From a virus (lineage: Duplodnaviria > Caudoviricetes), in the IMG/VR virus record IMGVR_UViG_3300023184_000159, positions 1 through 55,903 of that record: a DNA stretch of 55,903 nucleotides; one strand, 5' to 3'. This document shows positions 19,301 through 30,098 of the stretch, in pieces. How positions within the stretch are numbered: the stretch's first letter is position 1; each line of letters opens with the position of its first letter. The notes under the pieces were generated by a model. It was not told the origin of the DNA, did no database searches, and saw nothing but the letters and a program-made list of their open reading frames with translations. A program made the position numbers and the translations under genes.

Positions 19301-22300
19301 TGGGAAATGTTAGGATATATTTCTAAACCAAACTGGTGGGATACATATTACAGTTGGATTGATACAATTAAACGTAGTGCATTAATTTTAGCAATTACAA
19401 ACGGTTATACAGATGAGCCACCTTCAACAGTTGTAAATTCTAAGTATGCTCGACCTCAATTTTCTTCTATCATTCCAGTTAATAGTTTAGGCGAGTTATT
19501 AGCACCTTCTGAATTTTTAGTAAATGACGTAGGATATTATAATAAAATATCTGATTGGAAATTTGGAGATCATGGCCCAGCAGAGACTGCATGGAGAAGA
19601 AGTAGTTATTGGCCATTTGCATTAAATGCTGCTGCTGCATTACTTTATCCTTGTACATACACAACATCTATGTATGATACAAGTAGAATATCATCAAATA
19701 ATAACACAGGACAATTAACTTATTTAGAAGATGATTTATATTTAAATCCTAAAAAACTTTTAGTAGAAGGTTATAATAATGCACAAACAGCAGGATTTGG
19801 AGTCTATGTTGTTGAAAAAGGTATACAACGAAATTTAAATTATCTTGATATTTTAAAACAAGATTTAAACTATATTAATTTTAATTTATTTCATAAGATG
19901 GGTGGATTTGCTAGTAAAGATAAATTGCAGGTTGTTATTGACTCTATTGATCCGTTGTCACAAAGTCCTGGAGCAATCTTACCTCCAGAAAATTATAATT
20001 TATTATTGAATATAAGCAATCCGATTAAATCATCTAGCATTTCTGGTGTTATAATTCAAAAATTAAATAATAAATTCATCATAAAAGGATATGATGCACT
20101 TAATCCTTATTTTAATATAGTCTCACCTATTAAATTAAATTCGTCAGGTGCATTAACAATAGGAGGAAAGTCTGAAAAGTTTACAGAATGGTCTGGTGCA
20201 ATAACATCAACTGGACTAGGGGCAGTTGATATAACTGATCCAACAAATGTTACTTCACGTTATTATAAGCAAGGTCAGATTGTAAGATATAATAATAGAT
20301 ATTATCGTGTAAAAGTTGGACATGCCACACAATCTACATTTGATGTAACATTATTTTATCCGTTACCAGAGTTACCAATGGTAGGAGGAGCAACAGTACA
20401 ACTATCATCAAAATTTAATAATACAGTCATACAAATTCCATATGGTTCGCAATATTCTACAGTACAAGAAATTTACGATATATTAATAGGCTATGGTGCA
20501 TATCTTGAAAACCAGGGATTTATATTTGACGAATTTAATACTGAGCTTGATGAAGTAATGGATTGGAAATATACAGGCAAAGAATTTTTATACTGGACTA
20601 CACAAAACTGGGCAGATGGTAACTTAATTACATTAAGTCCGTTTGCAGATTATTTAAAATATTCATATAAGGATTCTATTGTTGATAATGTTTCAACAGG
20701 TGAGTATGAATATAGTTTATTAAAAGCTGACGGACAATCATTTCCTATTAATAATTTTAGACTAAGTCGAGAAGATGGCTTTTGTATCATTAATACCATA
20801 GATACATCAGAAGGTATATTTTTTGCTACTTTAAATTCTGTGCAAAAAGAGCACGGTATGTTTATTGATAACACTACAATTTTTAATGATACAATCTATG
20901 ACATTGAAACTGGATATAAGCAAAGAAGAATTAAAATAACAGGATTTAGAACAGCTGGATGGAATGGTGATTTATTAAGTCCTGGTTTTGTATATGATAA
21001 TGTTAAAATAATTGATTGGGTAGAATATGGTTCATATTTGCCAGGCACCGTTGTAATATATAATGGTACATATTATCAATCAAATGTAAAAATTCTTAAT
21101 GATAAAACTTTTGATTTTACCAAATGGAACAAATTAAATGGTAAACCTGAATCTAATTTATTACCTAACTTTGATTATAAAATAAATCAATTTGAAGATT
21201 TTTATAGTTTAGATATTGATAATTTTGATGTAGCTCAACAAAAATTAGCACAACATCTTACTGGATATACTCCACGGCAGTATCTTAATAGTATTATTAC
21301 AGATCCAATTTCACAGTATAAATTTTATCAAGGATTTATTAGAGAAAAAGGTACTAAAAATGCTATAGATAAATTATCCAAAGTTGGTAAATTTACTCGT
21401 CAGGGTGATATATCATTTGAAGAAGAGTGGGCATTTAGAGTTGGTGAGTATGGCGGTTTTTCAACTTATAATGAAATTGAATTTACTTTACAGGAAGAAT
21501 CAGAATTAGAAAATCCTTACCTTGTTAAATTTGTAAATAGTATTCCTTTGAATACAACTCCTTTAACAAATTATAAATTACCTTCTGATTTATTAATCAC
21601 CCCTAACGACTACGTATCATCATTAACATTTAATACCTATCCAAGTACATTTTCAGACACTAATTTTGAATTAACAACTGCTGGATATGTACGAGCAGAC
21701 GATGTTACTATTACTGCATACAATAAAAATAGTTTATTAGATATTGCTAATAATTCATTAATCCAAGAAGGCAACACTGTTTGGTTAGGATTTTTAGAAA
21801 ATGGAAGTTGGGACGTTTATAGATATACCAACGTATCTTCTAAGATTGCAGGAGTATATGTAAGTTCTCCAGGAGTGGATATCACATTCACAACAGACAT
21901 AAATCATAATTTATCAATAGGTGATATTGTATCTGTTGTAAGATTTAATGAGCAAGTAGACGGAATACATATTATTACAGACATTCCTAGATTAGATCAA
22001 TTTACAGTTTCATCAATATTAACTACAATTTCTAATTCTGACTTATTAAGTAATGGAATGTTATTTAAATTTGAAAAAGCTAGGTACAATGATGTTCAAG
22101 ATTTTATTAATAGCAATAATGCATCAAAGTTAAACTCTGGTGAAAAAATATGGATAGATAAAGGCACTAATGATAAATGGCAGGTATACGAAAAAATAGA
22201 AAATTATGATATTGGATATATCAATACTGCATCTATCACGACATTTGATCAACAATTTGGATATTCTATATATAGCCAAGAAAATAATAAAATATTGCTA

Positions 22301-25300
22301 ATGGCTGCTATAGGGCAATATAGTTCTACCAGATATGGAAATGTATCAGTTTATTTTAAAATTAAAAATGCATTAAGTAAAAGATTTGAATTTACTCTAA
22401 ATAGTAACAATCTCGGTTATTGTAATAATCAACTAAGCAATGAGTTTGGATATTCGTTATCGCATGACACTAATAAAGGATTATTTTTTGTCGGAGCACC
22501 CGCCGCATCAAATGTTAAACCACAATCTTTAACAAGTGGATCAGTTGTAATAGCAGATTCCAATTCTACTCCTAAAACATATATTAATGAAGGATTGGTA
22601 AAGATTAGTAGTTACGATAATGCAATTTCTGGAGAAAAAACTGAGAAAGTATTGGTAAATCCATATGGTACTGTTGGTAGTATTGCATCTCATGCAAGAT
22701 TTGGTCATTCTATATATACAAATAATGTTGATGTTAATACTAATACTACACTATTAGTTGGTGCACCTGGGGATAGTGTTAATACCTATACTGGAAAAGT
22801 TTACGCTTATAGTGTATCTAGAACAAATTATTACAAGGCTACAAAAGCCCAAGTGATATATGCTTACGCAAGTAATACGTTGGCAGAATTGTATCCATCG
22901 GAAGATACTTTATTATATTGGATGGTTACTGGATTAGAAACATTTAACCAAAAAATAATTAGTGACAGAATTGCTAATCCTTCATTAGCAGAAACTATCG
23001 ATATGGCAAGAGCAGCAGATGCAGTTGGTATTGCAGAAACTAGAGGTAATGTGGTTGCAGCATTCCAAAATCAAACCAATCCAGCTGCCCCATTATATCC
23101 TAGTGAATTGAAAATTAGATATTGGATGATTAACGGACTTGGACCAGATAATAGTACTTTTATTGCAGTAAATAATCAAGAGAGAAATTCAATAGCAGGA
23201 TATGGCGGTGATATTGATGCAGAACGTAAATTGGCAACAACAACATCTACTGTATCAGTTATTATTCATTCGTCTGGTCTTAATTTATATTCACCTAATA
23301 TTTTAAATACTGGTAGTCAGTTTGGAGATAAGATTGTAGGAAATATTACAGGTTCCTTAGTTGCAATTACTGCACCATATCATTATAGTACTATTACTAA
23401 TACTACAGGTATGGTACAATTGTTTGATATGACAAAGAGAATACCATACATTGATAATAGTGTAATAGTATCACCATTTGGAACAAACGATGTATTCGGA
23501 GATGATATTGCAATGTCGTCCAACGGAACATATATGATTGTATCGTCAATTAATGCTAGTAATTCAAATAAATCTTTTGGTAAAGTTGCAGTATATAAAT
23601 TTAAGGGTACTACTGCCACCGTACATCAAATTATAAATAACCCATTACCTCGTAGTGGAATGAAATTTGGTGTATCTATATCTATTAGTAATGATAATAA
23701 TATATTAACAATAAGTGCATTAGGTACTAATAATACAGAAACGTTAACATTTGATAAAACTTCTAAAAACGGAGAAACTGTATTTGATGGAGGAGTAACT
23801 AACTTTATCTCAAATATATCTAATTCTGGAGTTGTATATGTATATAGTAATTTAAATGATTATTTTATTCTTGCAGAAAAACTTTCAGACCCAGCAGCAA
23901 TAGCAGGAAACGGATTTGGATATTCTGTATTAGCCACAAATAATGATATATTTGTAGGTTCACCATCTATTACGACTATTTCAAGATTATTTGAATTTTA
24001 TAAAACGGATGAATCTGTTAATGGATTAAAATTACTTAGAGAACAACAAGATCTTGTTGATGTTTCAGGTATCAATAGAATAGCATTAATAGATTCATTT
24101 AAAGAAGAATTAGTTGAATACTTAGATGTAGTAGATCCATTAAAGGGAAAAATTGCAGGAATTGCCGAGCAAGAATTAAAATATAAAGCAGCATTTGACC
24201 CAGCAATATATTCAATTGGTACAGATCTATCAACAGTTGATACTGAATTAAGTTGGATTGACGATCATATTGGAGAATTATGGTGGGATTTAAGTACCGT
24301 AAAATACCAATGGTATGAGCAAGGTGATGAGATATTTAGAAAAAATAACTGGGGCAAGTTATTTCCTGGATCGACTATTGACATTTATGAATGGGTAAAA
24401 TCTGATCTACTACCGAGTGAGTGGGCTGCTCAAGCAGACACCAACGAAGGATTAACTAAAGGAATAAGTGGACAACCTAAATATCCTGATAATAGTGTTG
24501 TTTCTGTTAAACAGTTATTCAACAATGTAACAGGATCATTTGAGAATTTATATTTCTTTTGGGTAAAAAATAAAGTAACTGTTCCTAATGTTAAAAATAG
24601 AAGAATTAGTAGTTATCAAGTAGCTAGTATTATTTCTGATCCAGTTGCAAACGGTTTAAAATTTATTGAAATATTATCAGCAGATTCTTTAGCATTTGCT
24701 AATGTTCAGCCCATATTAGTTGGTAATAGAATAAATGCAAATATTGCTACTAATTTAAACAAAAATGAAATTCCTAAACATACCGAATGGATGCTAATAG
24801 CAGAAGGCAATAATAATCAAATGCCAGCACCGTTATTAGAGAAAAAATTAATTGACAGTTTATTAGGACACGATGCATTTGGTAGTGTTGTTCCTAGTAA
24901 TTTGCTAACTTATAGAAATAGATACGGAATAGGAATACGTCCTCAACAAACTTTATTTAAAGATAGAATAGAAGCATTAAGAAATCAAATTACATTTGTT
25001 AATTCTATTTTAATCAACGAAAGAATAACAGGAAATTATAATTTTAATAATCTAAATAGTTATGATCCCCAACCAGACGAATTATCTAGAGAATACGATA
25101 TAGTAGTTGGTGATTTTAATGAAATTAATAATATTATTACCTTACAGTTTGAACAAGCTTCAGTAACGTGTACTATTAATAATGGTAAAATAATATCAGT
25201 TGAAGTATCGGCATCAGGATACGGTTATAAATTTCCACCGTTGGTAACTATTATTTCAGACTCTGGTAAAGATGCTATTGTGTTAACCGAGATTGATAAT

Positions 25301-28300
25301 AAAGGACAAGTTATAAATGCAACAATATCAAATGCTGGAACTGGATATGTTGATGTTCCGTCATTAATAGTACGGCCACATACTGTTCTTGTTACTCATG
25401 ATTCAAGATATAATAATCGATGGACATCTCATCAATATAATTATAACTCTCGCAATACTACTCGTGATCCATGGATAATGTTTAAAAATCAGAAATACGA
25501 TACTCGTTCATATTGGAATAAAGTTGATTGGGTAGGTAAAAATTATAATTCTTTTAAAGATTACAAATACGTTATTGAAGGAACATATGGACTTTCTACA
25601 TTAGAAAACATTAAGGTTGGAGATTATGTAAAAGTTAATAACGTCGGTGATGGTAGATATATTATACTTGAAAAATTAGACGACTCTGTTATTGGAAATT
25701 TTTCTCCACAATATAATGTTGTTTATAGCCAAAACGGAACAATTCAAATATCTGAATCTTTATGGAAATTTTCTAATAAACATGTTGCCTATGATGACGC
25801 TACATTAGAAGAAACTTTATATGATCAAATACCTGATATAGAATTATATCGTATATTATTAGCATTAAAAGATGATATATTTGTTGGTAATCTTAAAGTT
25901 TATTGGAATAAATTCTTTTTTGCCGCAGTAAAATATGCATTAACTGAACAAAAATTATTAGACTGGGCATTTAAAACATCATTTATTAGTGTTAAAAATA
26001 CAATTGGTGAATTAGATCAAAGACCAGTATATAAATTAGATAATGAAAAATATTTTGAAGAATATGTTAAAGAGGTCAAACCATATCATACAAATATTAG
26101 AAATTATATATCAAAATATACATCATTTGAAGAAAATTCTACTTTATCATTTAGTGATTTTGATTCACCTTCTTATTATAATACTGTTACTGATAAATTT
26201 GAAGTTGTTACGCTTGCAAATACTACCTTAACAAATCAGCAACCATGGAAATCATGGGCAGACAATTATACATATTGTGTAGGTTTAATTTTTATAGCTA
26301 ATAATGGAGTTGGTTATACTCAAATACCAACAGTTACTATATCAGGTGGAGGTACAACTGTTACTTCAATTGCAACTGCCCAAGCCTATTTAAGAAATGG
26401 AAAAATTTATCAGATATTGGTAACTAATCCCGGTGCTGGATACACAAAAAATCCTGTAATTAACATATCCGGTGGAGGCCCAAATGTAACAGTAAACGCA
26501 ACGGCCTCTGCATCATTATTAAATTTGACCACTAGAAAAAATATCATAGGTTTAAGATTTGATAGAGTTTCTGCATATCCTGAAATTGGTAATATCAATG
26601 TCAATGACACTTTTATATGTTCAGGCAAACAGGATAAGTTTACATTATCCATATTGGCAGATAGAAGCAAATTAGATATTTTTCCTACTCTTGATGGAAA
26701 ATTAATATTATCAAATGATTACACAATTCAATATTATCGTGATGAAAACAAAGAATTATATTCTAGATTTGTATTTTTAAATTATATACCTATTAAAGAT
26801 CAAATATTTAAAATCTCTTATAAGAAAAGTATTGATTTATATACCGCGGCTGATAGAATAACAAAATTTAATACTTCTACTGATGCTATGTCATCATTTA
26901 TGTCAGGAGTAGAATATCCTAATAATATTATACAAGGCTTGCCATTTGAATACTCTGCATCTTGGGATAATGTTCAAAATAATGCAAAATATGATGTATC
27001 AGCATGGAGCGATATTGTAGGTTATTATGCTTCTGCAAAATTAATAAGAAACGTTCAAATAGGAACATCAACCTTATATCTTAGTACTACCACTGATATA
27101 TATCTAGGGCAAGTAATTAATATTTTAAATTCTACAACTAACCGTATACGACCAGATACCGTAGTTGTTGATATTAATACTACAGCAAGTACAATTACAA
27201 TTAGTCAACCATATTACATAATTAAAACAGTTAAATCAACTGCTACTAGTATAGGGTCAAATATTGTCATGACAACATCTAAACCATTTAATGGTGATAT
27301 TGTTTTAGGAGACACGGTAACTATAGCTGGAATAGATTATAGTCAATTTAATGGCCAGTACACTATTTCTTCTATATTAGATAATGATAAGTTTATTGTA
27401 AATGCTAAAGCTGTATTACCTACAACTGCTACAATACGTACATTTGATAATGCTAATGTTACCGTATCAACAATACCAGTAGCTATTAACACAGCATCTG
27501 TATTACTAAGTTATAGTAAAGATACATATTCAAAATCATTGGAAAACACCATAGTGGTCAATTTAATGATACCAGTTAACGAAATTGCAAGAATTAAAAT
27601 ATTTAAAGATAATGAAGCAGTAGAAATGCCTACAGGTATTCCTATCACAGGTCCTTATCCTAATAGCGAATATTATTACTTAACAGTAGATCCTATAACA
27701 AAGAATCAGATAGCAAATTTCTATCAAATGGGACATACAACGTATAAGTTGGAATTTTATGTTTACGGAAATACTAAAATTGAATTTTGGAAAACTGATA
27801 TAAATCAAGGCAATTTAGATTCAACTTTATCAGGAGGATCATGGGCATGGAATAATTCTATCGGAGGGCAAGGTGTTACCTTTACTTCAACTTCTGTTAT
27901 TTCTGGTAATACACCTATTATTATTGATGGAGATCAATTTGTAAATGAAAGATCTAGTTATTCACCAGAAGAATGTGTGAATGGACATGTATTAGATAGT
28001 TTAGGTGTTAATGTATATACCAAAGCAGAGACTTCATATCCAACAGTACTATCAGGCTCGTTTCCAGTGACCGCAGGAGTTTATACTTCTGCAACCTTAA
28101 GTGTTCCGGCAACACAATATGCAGGTATGATAGTTCATTTTAACGGAAAAATGTTTGATAGGGTAGATATTGTTGATTATGTATCTAGTTCTACACAATA
28201 TTACATGATTGGAAATACAATTTATATTAGACCACAAACGGTATCTGGTCGTATTGGCTATACAATGATAACCATAGGTGGTGATTATTCAGTACTTGAT

Positions 28301-30097
28301 AGTAATTTAATTACAGTAAAAAATGTTAATAGTGCTACAGTCATAAGTTTATTATCAAACATAATTGATGTTCATGGAGCATATGTTTTAGTCAATGGAA
28401 TACCAGTAGAAGAAATAACTCAGGAAGAAGCTGATGCAAATACTTATGGATATGTAATAGGTCCTTATAGTGATGTTAATAACAGGGCAAGCGTAACAGT
28501 TTATAATTTACCTGGATCAGCAACATATACTGTTCAAGCATGGTTCTTACAATCAAAGTATACAAACTTCAATAGAGTAAATGAAGAGATAATTACTGCA
28601 GGAACTAATCAAACAATTTTTGAACTTGCATATATTCCAGGCAATATTGAGCCAGTAAGTGCAGAAGTAATTGTTGAGATAGTTAGTAGTACAACTGGAA
28701 GAAAAAGATTGTTACCACCTTGGGTAAGTTATTATCAAGTTATCAATGGTCAATTAACATTTGCTGTGGATAATAAACATAACAGATCTCCAAGCACATA
28801 TTCACCTAATACAGTATCAGTCTATGCAAATGGTGTTAAATTACGTCCCGGTTTTGATTATACATTAGATGTGATAAACAATACCGTTACCATTGTTCAA
28901 GGACTATTAAACAACGGAGATGCTGTCGCGGTTGTTGGACTTATAGATTATGAGTATAATATAGATGGAAATCTATTAACATTAACAACTCCTGTATCTG
29001 ATGTTGATATAAAAATTACATCTTTCACAGATCACGATAATATGTTAATTAAAACTGAAAGATTTGACGGTTCATTAACTCGTCGTTTTACATTATCTTT
29101 CCCTCCATTATCAGATGATTACGTTTGGGTTTATGTTAACGGGGTTGCATTAACCGCTAGAAATGAATTTAATATATTAGATGATTCACGTACTATCGAA
29201 GTAAGTGATTTAATATCAGTTACTACAGCATCATCAATCACTATTACTACTATTAATCCTCCAGCTTTTGGTAATTATATACTCGGTTATAGAGTATTCA
29301 ATGATATGTTTAATAGAAGTCATTTTAAACGATTGTCAGCATTTCATAGTACAACATTATTAAAACCGTTAAAACACACAGATAGTGAAATTTATTTAAC
29401 AGACGGCAATGGAATAATTCCTCCTAATCCATTAATTAATAAACCGGGTATTGTTATAATCGATGGTGAACGTATTGAATTCAGTGATAAAGACGGCAAT
29501 GTATTAAGACAATTACGAAGAAGTACACTAGGAACAGGCCCTGCAACTTTTTCAAATATTGGAACCCAAGTTTTTGATCAAAGTGCTCAGCAAACAATAC
29601 CTTATACTGAAACAACATTAATACAAACAACATCTACTACTGCTACTATATATATTATTAATACTTTAACTACAACTGCAACAGGTGCTGGAATTGTGTT
29701 AAATCCATACATAGATGCAGTTAATCAAGTTACTGTATATTATGGTGGCCGTCAATTACGTAAAACATCTTTATCAGTTGCTCTTAATAAATTCTCTAAT
29801 CCAACAATTAAAATATTTGATCCAGAATTTACTATAAACACAGCTACCAACACATTAAGGTTAAATATTTCTGACTCTAATGGAATAGACACAGATATTA
29901 CTATTGTACAAAGAAAAGGATATGTATGGACTGGAACTGAATCATTATTGACCAGCAGTGTTATACAAGCACAATTCTTACGCAAGAGAAAATCAATATT
30001 ACCTGATACATATTATTATGGTGAGGATCCAGTACTCATAGATAATAATAATGAAATTATTACTGATAACAATAACACCCCTTTAGAAGGATATTAA
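16334..30097 (+). CDS. Giant (4587 aa) multidomain virion structural protein in the gp7 wedge position
   Basis: Uninterrupted ORF after gp6. FIREKGT.NAI gp7-like motif, about 7 FG-GAP-like repeats, two CBM5/12-like motifs, G.GY...P.V.I repeats, V.VNG beta-sandwich repeats. Confidence 0.75.
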   Translation: MATNKKSVNFLPDYLKSDKNSKFLAGTIDPLIQSPELERIDGFVGSIITPNFNPITDSYIKEDSELRSNYSLEPALVFRDKSSNITDVVAFDDIINEIGIQGGKVDNLDRLFRSKFYSYDPYIDWDKLVNYSQYYWLSTGPDSILIDGDININDSIIGNSSYVMPNGYALSNGMKLKFSTTVLPELYRDKEFYVEGVGNSIKLIDIKLLDVNELSNIVYNETFDSDKFDTFPFDGDKKLPLIPEYVTINRASLDLNPWTRYNRWFHSEIIRITAEINNQPFLLPLEARALRPIIEFKPNIQLYNFGNKGIGRISVIDTDTTDAFSSVDGTIGYYVDGVLLEEGTTVIFNADVHDNVRGKIYTVEYDTSTKPYILRLIESVTPNLLESIAINYGTSYQGTTWHYSSYVNNNGEIKNLWVKSQEHKKINQSPLFDLFDHDNISYTDKNSNFVGSKIFGYDIGTGTSDNILGFPLKYKNSVGVGSYLFKNYFMTDTIEVITDGVSSIISTGVTYFKLFNTLTLTNVWSLLTDYQIPIIETQTILTATNTASILSITSTSDISVIASINSVLTTATLSTSTLTLTFNKTLNVNDVLLLKITSDQIPNSNGHYDTPISLTNNPLNGNISTFTLSELSDHLYTMISRINTFSGSFPGLSNLRDVNDYSKYGTRLIINANPIVFAQIFLGKKNHNVVDAIRHVGDQYNQFKMNLLTAMDLVDSQLSPADALDKILIDINSNKELHSSYYRSDMLGYGSNKIKRTYTVSNPNNTHYPIGLDFDLTTLSFKSVLIYVNDIQLVNGIDYSFLIDEVIISKLLSVGDIIEIYYYPDTIGSFVPSTPSKLGLYPAYPPSIYNDDSYLSSNVVVIRGHDGSIMQSYGDYRDDIVLEYEKRIFNNIKVKYDPTIFDINSTIPGVFSKNSYLLSDVNDILIKDFTKWAGVYNIDTTINNIYDAGNPFTWNYTTGINTVTNTAVPGYWRGIYKQFYDTDKPDTNPWEMLGYISKPNWWDTYYSWIDTIKRSALILAITNGYTDEPPSTVVNSKYARPQFSSIIPVNSLGELLAPSEFLVNDVGYYNKISDWKFGDHGPAETAWRRSSYWPFALNAAAALLYPCTYTTSMYDTSRISSNNNTGQLTYLEDDLYLNPKKLLVEGYNNAQTAGFGVYVVEKGIQRNLNYLDILKQDLNYINFNLFHKMGGFASKDKLQVVIDSIDPLSQSPGAILPPENYNLLLNISNPIKSSSISGVIIQKLNNKFIIKGYDALNPYFNIVSPIKLNSSGALTIGGKSEKFTEWSGAITSTGLGAVDITDPTNVTSRYYKQGQIVRYNNRYYRVKVGHATQSTFDVTLFYPLPELPMVGGATVQLSSKFNNTVIQIPYGSQYSTVQEIYDILIGYGAYLENQGFIFDEFNTELDEVMDWKYTGKEFLYWTTQNWADGNLITLSPFADYLKYSYKDSIVDNVSTGEYEYSLLKADGQSFPINNFRLSREDGFCIINTIDTSEGIFFATLNSVQKEHGMFIDNTTIFNDTIYDIETGYKQRRIKITGFRTAGWNGDLLSPGFVYDNVKIIDWVEYGSYLPGTVVIYNGTYYQSNVKILNDKTFDFTKWNKLNGKPESNLLPNFDYKINQFEDFYSLDIDNFDVAQQKLAQHLTGYTPRQYLNSIITDPISQYKFYQGFIREKGTKNAIDKLSKVGKFTRQGDISFEEEWAFRVGEYGGFSTYNEIEFTLQEESELENPYLVKFVNSIPLNTTPLTNYKLPSDLLITPNDYVSSLTFNTYPSTFSDTNFELTTAGYVRADDVTITAYNKNSLLDIANNSLIQEGNTVWLGFLENGSWDVYRYTNVSSKIAGVYVSSPGVDITFTTDINHNLSIGDIVSVVRFNEQVDGIHIITDIPRLDQFTVSSILTTISNSDLLSNGMLFKFEKARYNDVQDFINSNNASKLNSGEKIWIDKGTNDKWQVYEKIENYDIGYINTASITTFDQQFGYSIYSQENNKILLMAAIGQYSSTRYGNVSVYFKIKNALSKRFEFTLNSNNLGYCNNQLSNEFGYSLSHDTNKGLFFVGAPAASNVKPQSLTSGSVVIADSNSTPKTYINEGLVKISSYDNAISGEKTEKVLVNPYGTVGSIASHARFGHSIYTNNVDVNTNTTLLVGAPGDSVNTYTGKVYAYSVSRTNYYKATKAQVIYAYASNTLAELYPSEDTLLYWMVTGLETFNQKIISDRIANPSLAETIDMARAADAVGIAETRGNVVAAFQNQTNPAAPLYPSELKIRYWMINGLGPDNSTFIAVNNQERNSIAGYGGDIDAERKLATTTSTVSVIIHSSGLNLYSPNILNTGSQFGDKIVGNITGSLVAITAPYHYSTITNTTGMVQLFDMTKRIPYIDNSVIVSPFGTNDVFGDDIAMSSNGTYMIVSSINASNSNKSFGKVAVYKFKGTTATVHQIINNPLPRSGMKFGVSISISNDNNILTISALGTNNTETLTFDKTSKNGETVFDGGVTNFISNISNSGVVYVYSNLNDYFILAEKLSDPAAIAGNGFGYSVLATNNDIFVGSPSITTISRLFEFYKTDESVNGLKLLREQQDLVDVSGINRIALIDSFKEELVEYLDVVDPLKGKIAGIAEQELKYKAAFDPAIYSIGTDLSTVDTELSWIDDHIGELWWDLSTVKYQWYEQGDEIFRKNNWGKLFPGSTIDIYEWVKSDLLPSEWAAQADTNEGLTKGISGQPKYPDNSVVSVKQLFNNVTGSFENLYFFWVKNKVTVPNVKNRRISSYQVASIISDPVANGLKFIEILSADSLAFANVQPILVGNRINANIATNLNKNEIPKHTEWMLIAEGNNNQMPAPLLEKKLIDSLLGHDAFGSVVPSNLLTYRNRYGIGIRPQQTLFKDRIEALRNQITFVNSILINERITGNYNFNNLNSYDPQPDELSREYDIVVGDFNEINNIITLQFEQASVTCTINNGKIISVEVSASGYGYKFPPLVTIISDSGKDAIVLTEIDNKGQVINATISNAGTGYVDVPSLIVRPHTVLVTHDSRYNNRWTSHQYNYNSRNTTRDPWIMFKNQKYDTRSYWNKVDWVGKNYNSFKDYKYVIEGTYGLSTLENIKVGDYVKVNNVGDGRYIILEKLDDSVIGNFSPQYNVVYSQNGTIQISESLWKFSNKHVAYDDATLEETLYDQIPDIELYRILLALKDDIFVGNLKVYWNKFFFAAVKYALTEQKLLDWAFKTSFISVKNTIGELDQRPVYKLDNEKYFEEYVKEVKPYHTNIRNYISKYTSFEENSTLSFSDFDSPSYYNTVTDKFEVVTLANTTLTNQQPWKSWADNYTYCVGLIFIANNGVGYTQIPTVTISGGGTTVTSIATAQAYLRNGKIYQILVTNPGAGYTKNPVINISGGGPNVTVNATASASLLNLTTRKNIIGLRFDRVSAYPEIGNINVNDTFICSGKQDKFTLSILADRSKLDIFPTLDGKLILSNDYTIQYYRDENKELYSRFVFLNYIPIKDQIFKISYKKSIDLYTAADRITKFNTSTDAMSSFMSGVEYPNNIIQGLPFEYSASWDNVQNNAKYDVSAWSDIVGYYASAKLIRNVQIGTSTLYLSTTTDIYLGQVINILNSTTNRIRPDTVVVDINTTASTITISQPYYIIKTVKSTATSIGSNIVMTTSKPFNGDIVLGDTVTIAGIDYSQFNGQYTISSILDNDKFIVNAKAVLPTTATIRTFDNANVTVSTIPVAINTASVLLSYSKDTYSKSLENTIVVNLMIPVNEIARIKIFKDNEAVEMPTGIPITGPYPNSEYYYLTVDPITKNQIANFYQMGHTTYKLEFYVYGNTKIEFWKTDINQGNLDSTLSGGSWAWNNSIGGQGVTFTSTSVISGNTPIIIDGDQFVNERSSYSPEECVNGHVLDSLGVNVYTKAETSYPTVLSGSFPVTAGVYTSATLSVPATQYAGMIVHFNGKMFDRVDIVDYVSSSTQYYMIGNTIYIRPQTVSGRIGYTMITIGGDYSVLDSNLITVKNVNSATVISLLSNIIDVHGAYVLVNGIPVEEITQEEADANTYGYVIGPYSDVNNRASVTVYNLPGSATYTVQAWFLQSKYTNFNRVNEEIITAGTNQTIFELAYIPGNIEPVSAEVIVEIVSSTTGRKRLLPPWVSYYQVINGQLTFAVDNKHNRSPSTYSPNTVSVYANGVKLRPGFDYTLDVINNTVTIVQGLLNNGDAVAVVGLIDYEYNIDGNLLTLTTPVSDVDIKITSFTDHDNMLIKTERFDGSLTRRFTLSFPPLSDDYVWVYVNGVALTARNEFNILDDSRTIEVSDLISVTTASSITITTINPPAFGNYILGYRVFNDMFNRSHFKRLSAFHSTTLLKPLKHTDSEIYLTDGNGIIPPNPLINKPGIVIIDGERIEFSDKDGNVLRQLRRSTLGTGPATFSNIGTQVFDQSAQQTIPYTETTLIQTTSTTATIYIINTLTTTATGAGIVLNPYIDAVNQVTVYYGGRQLRKTSLSVALNKFSNPTIKIFDPEFTINTATNTLRLNISDSNGIDTDITIVQRKGYVWTGTESLLTSSVIQAQFLRKRKSILPDTYYYGEDPVLIDNNNEIITDNNNTPLEGY

Positions 30098-30098
30098 A

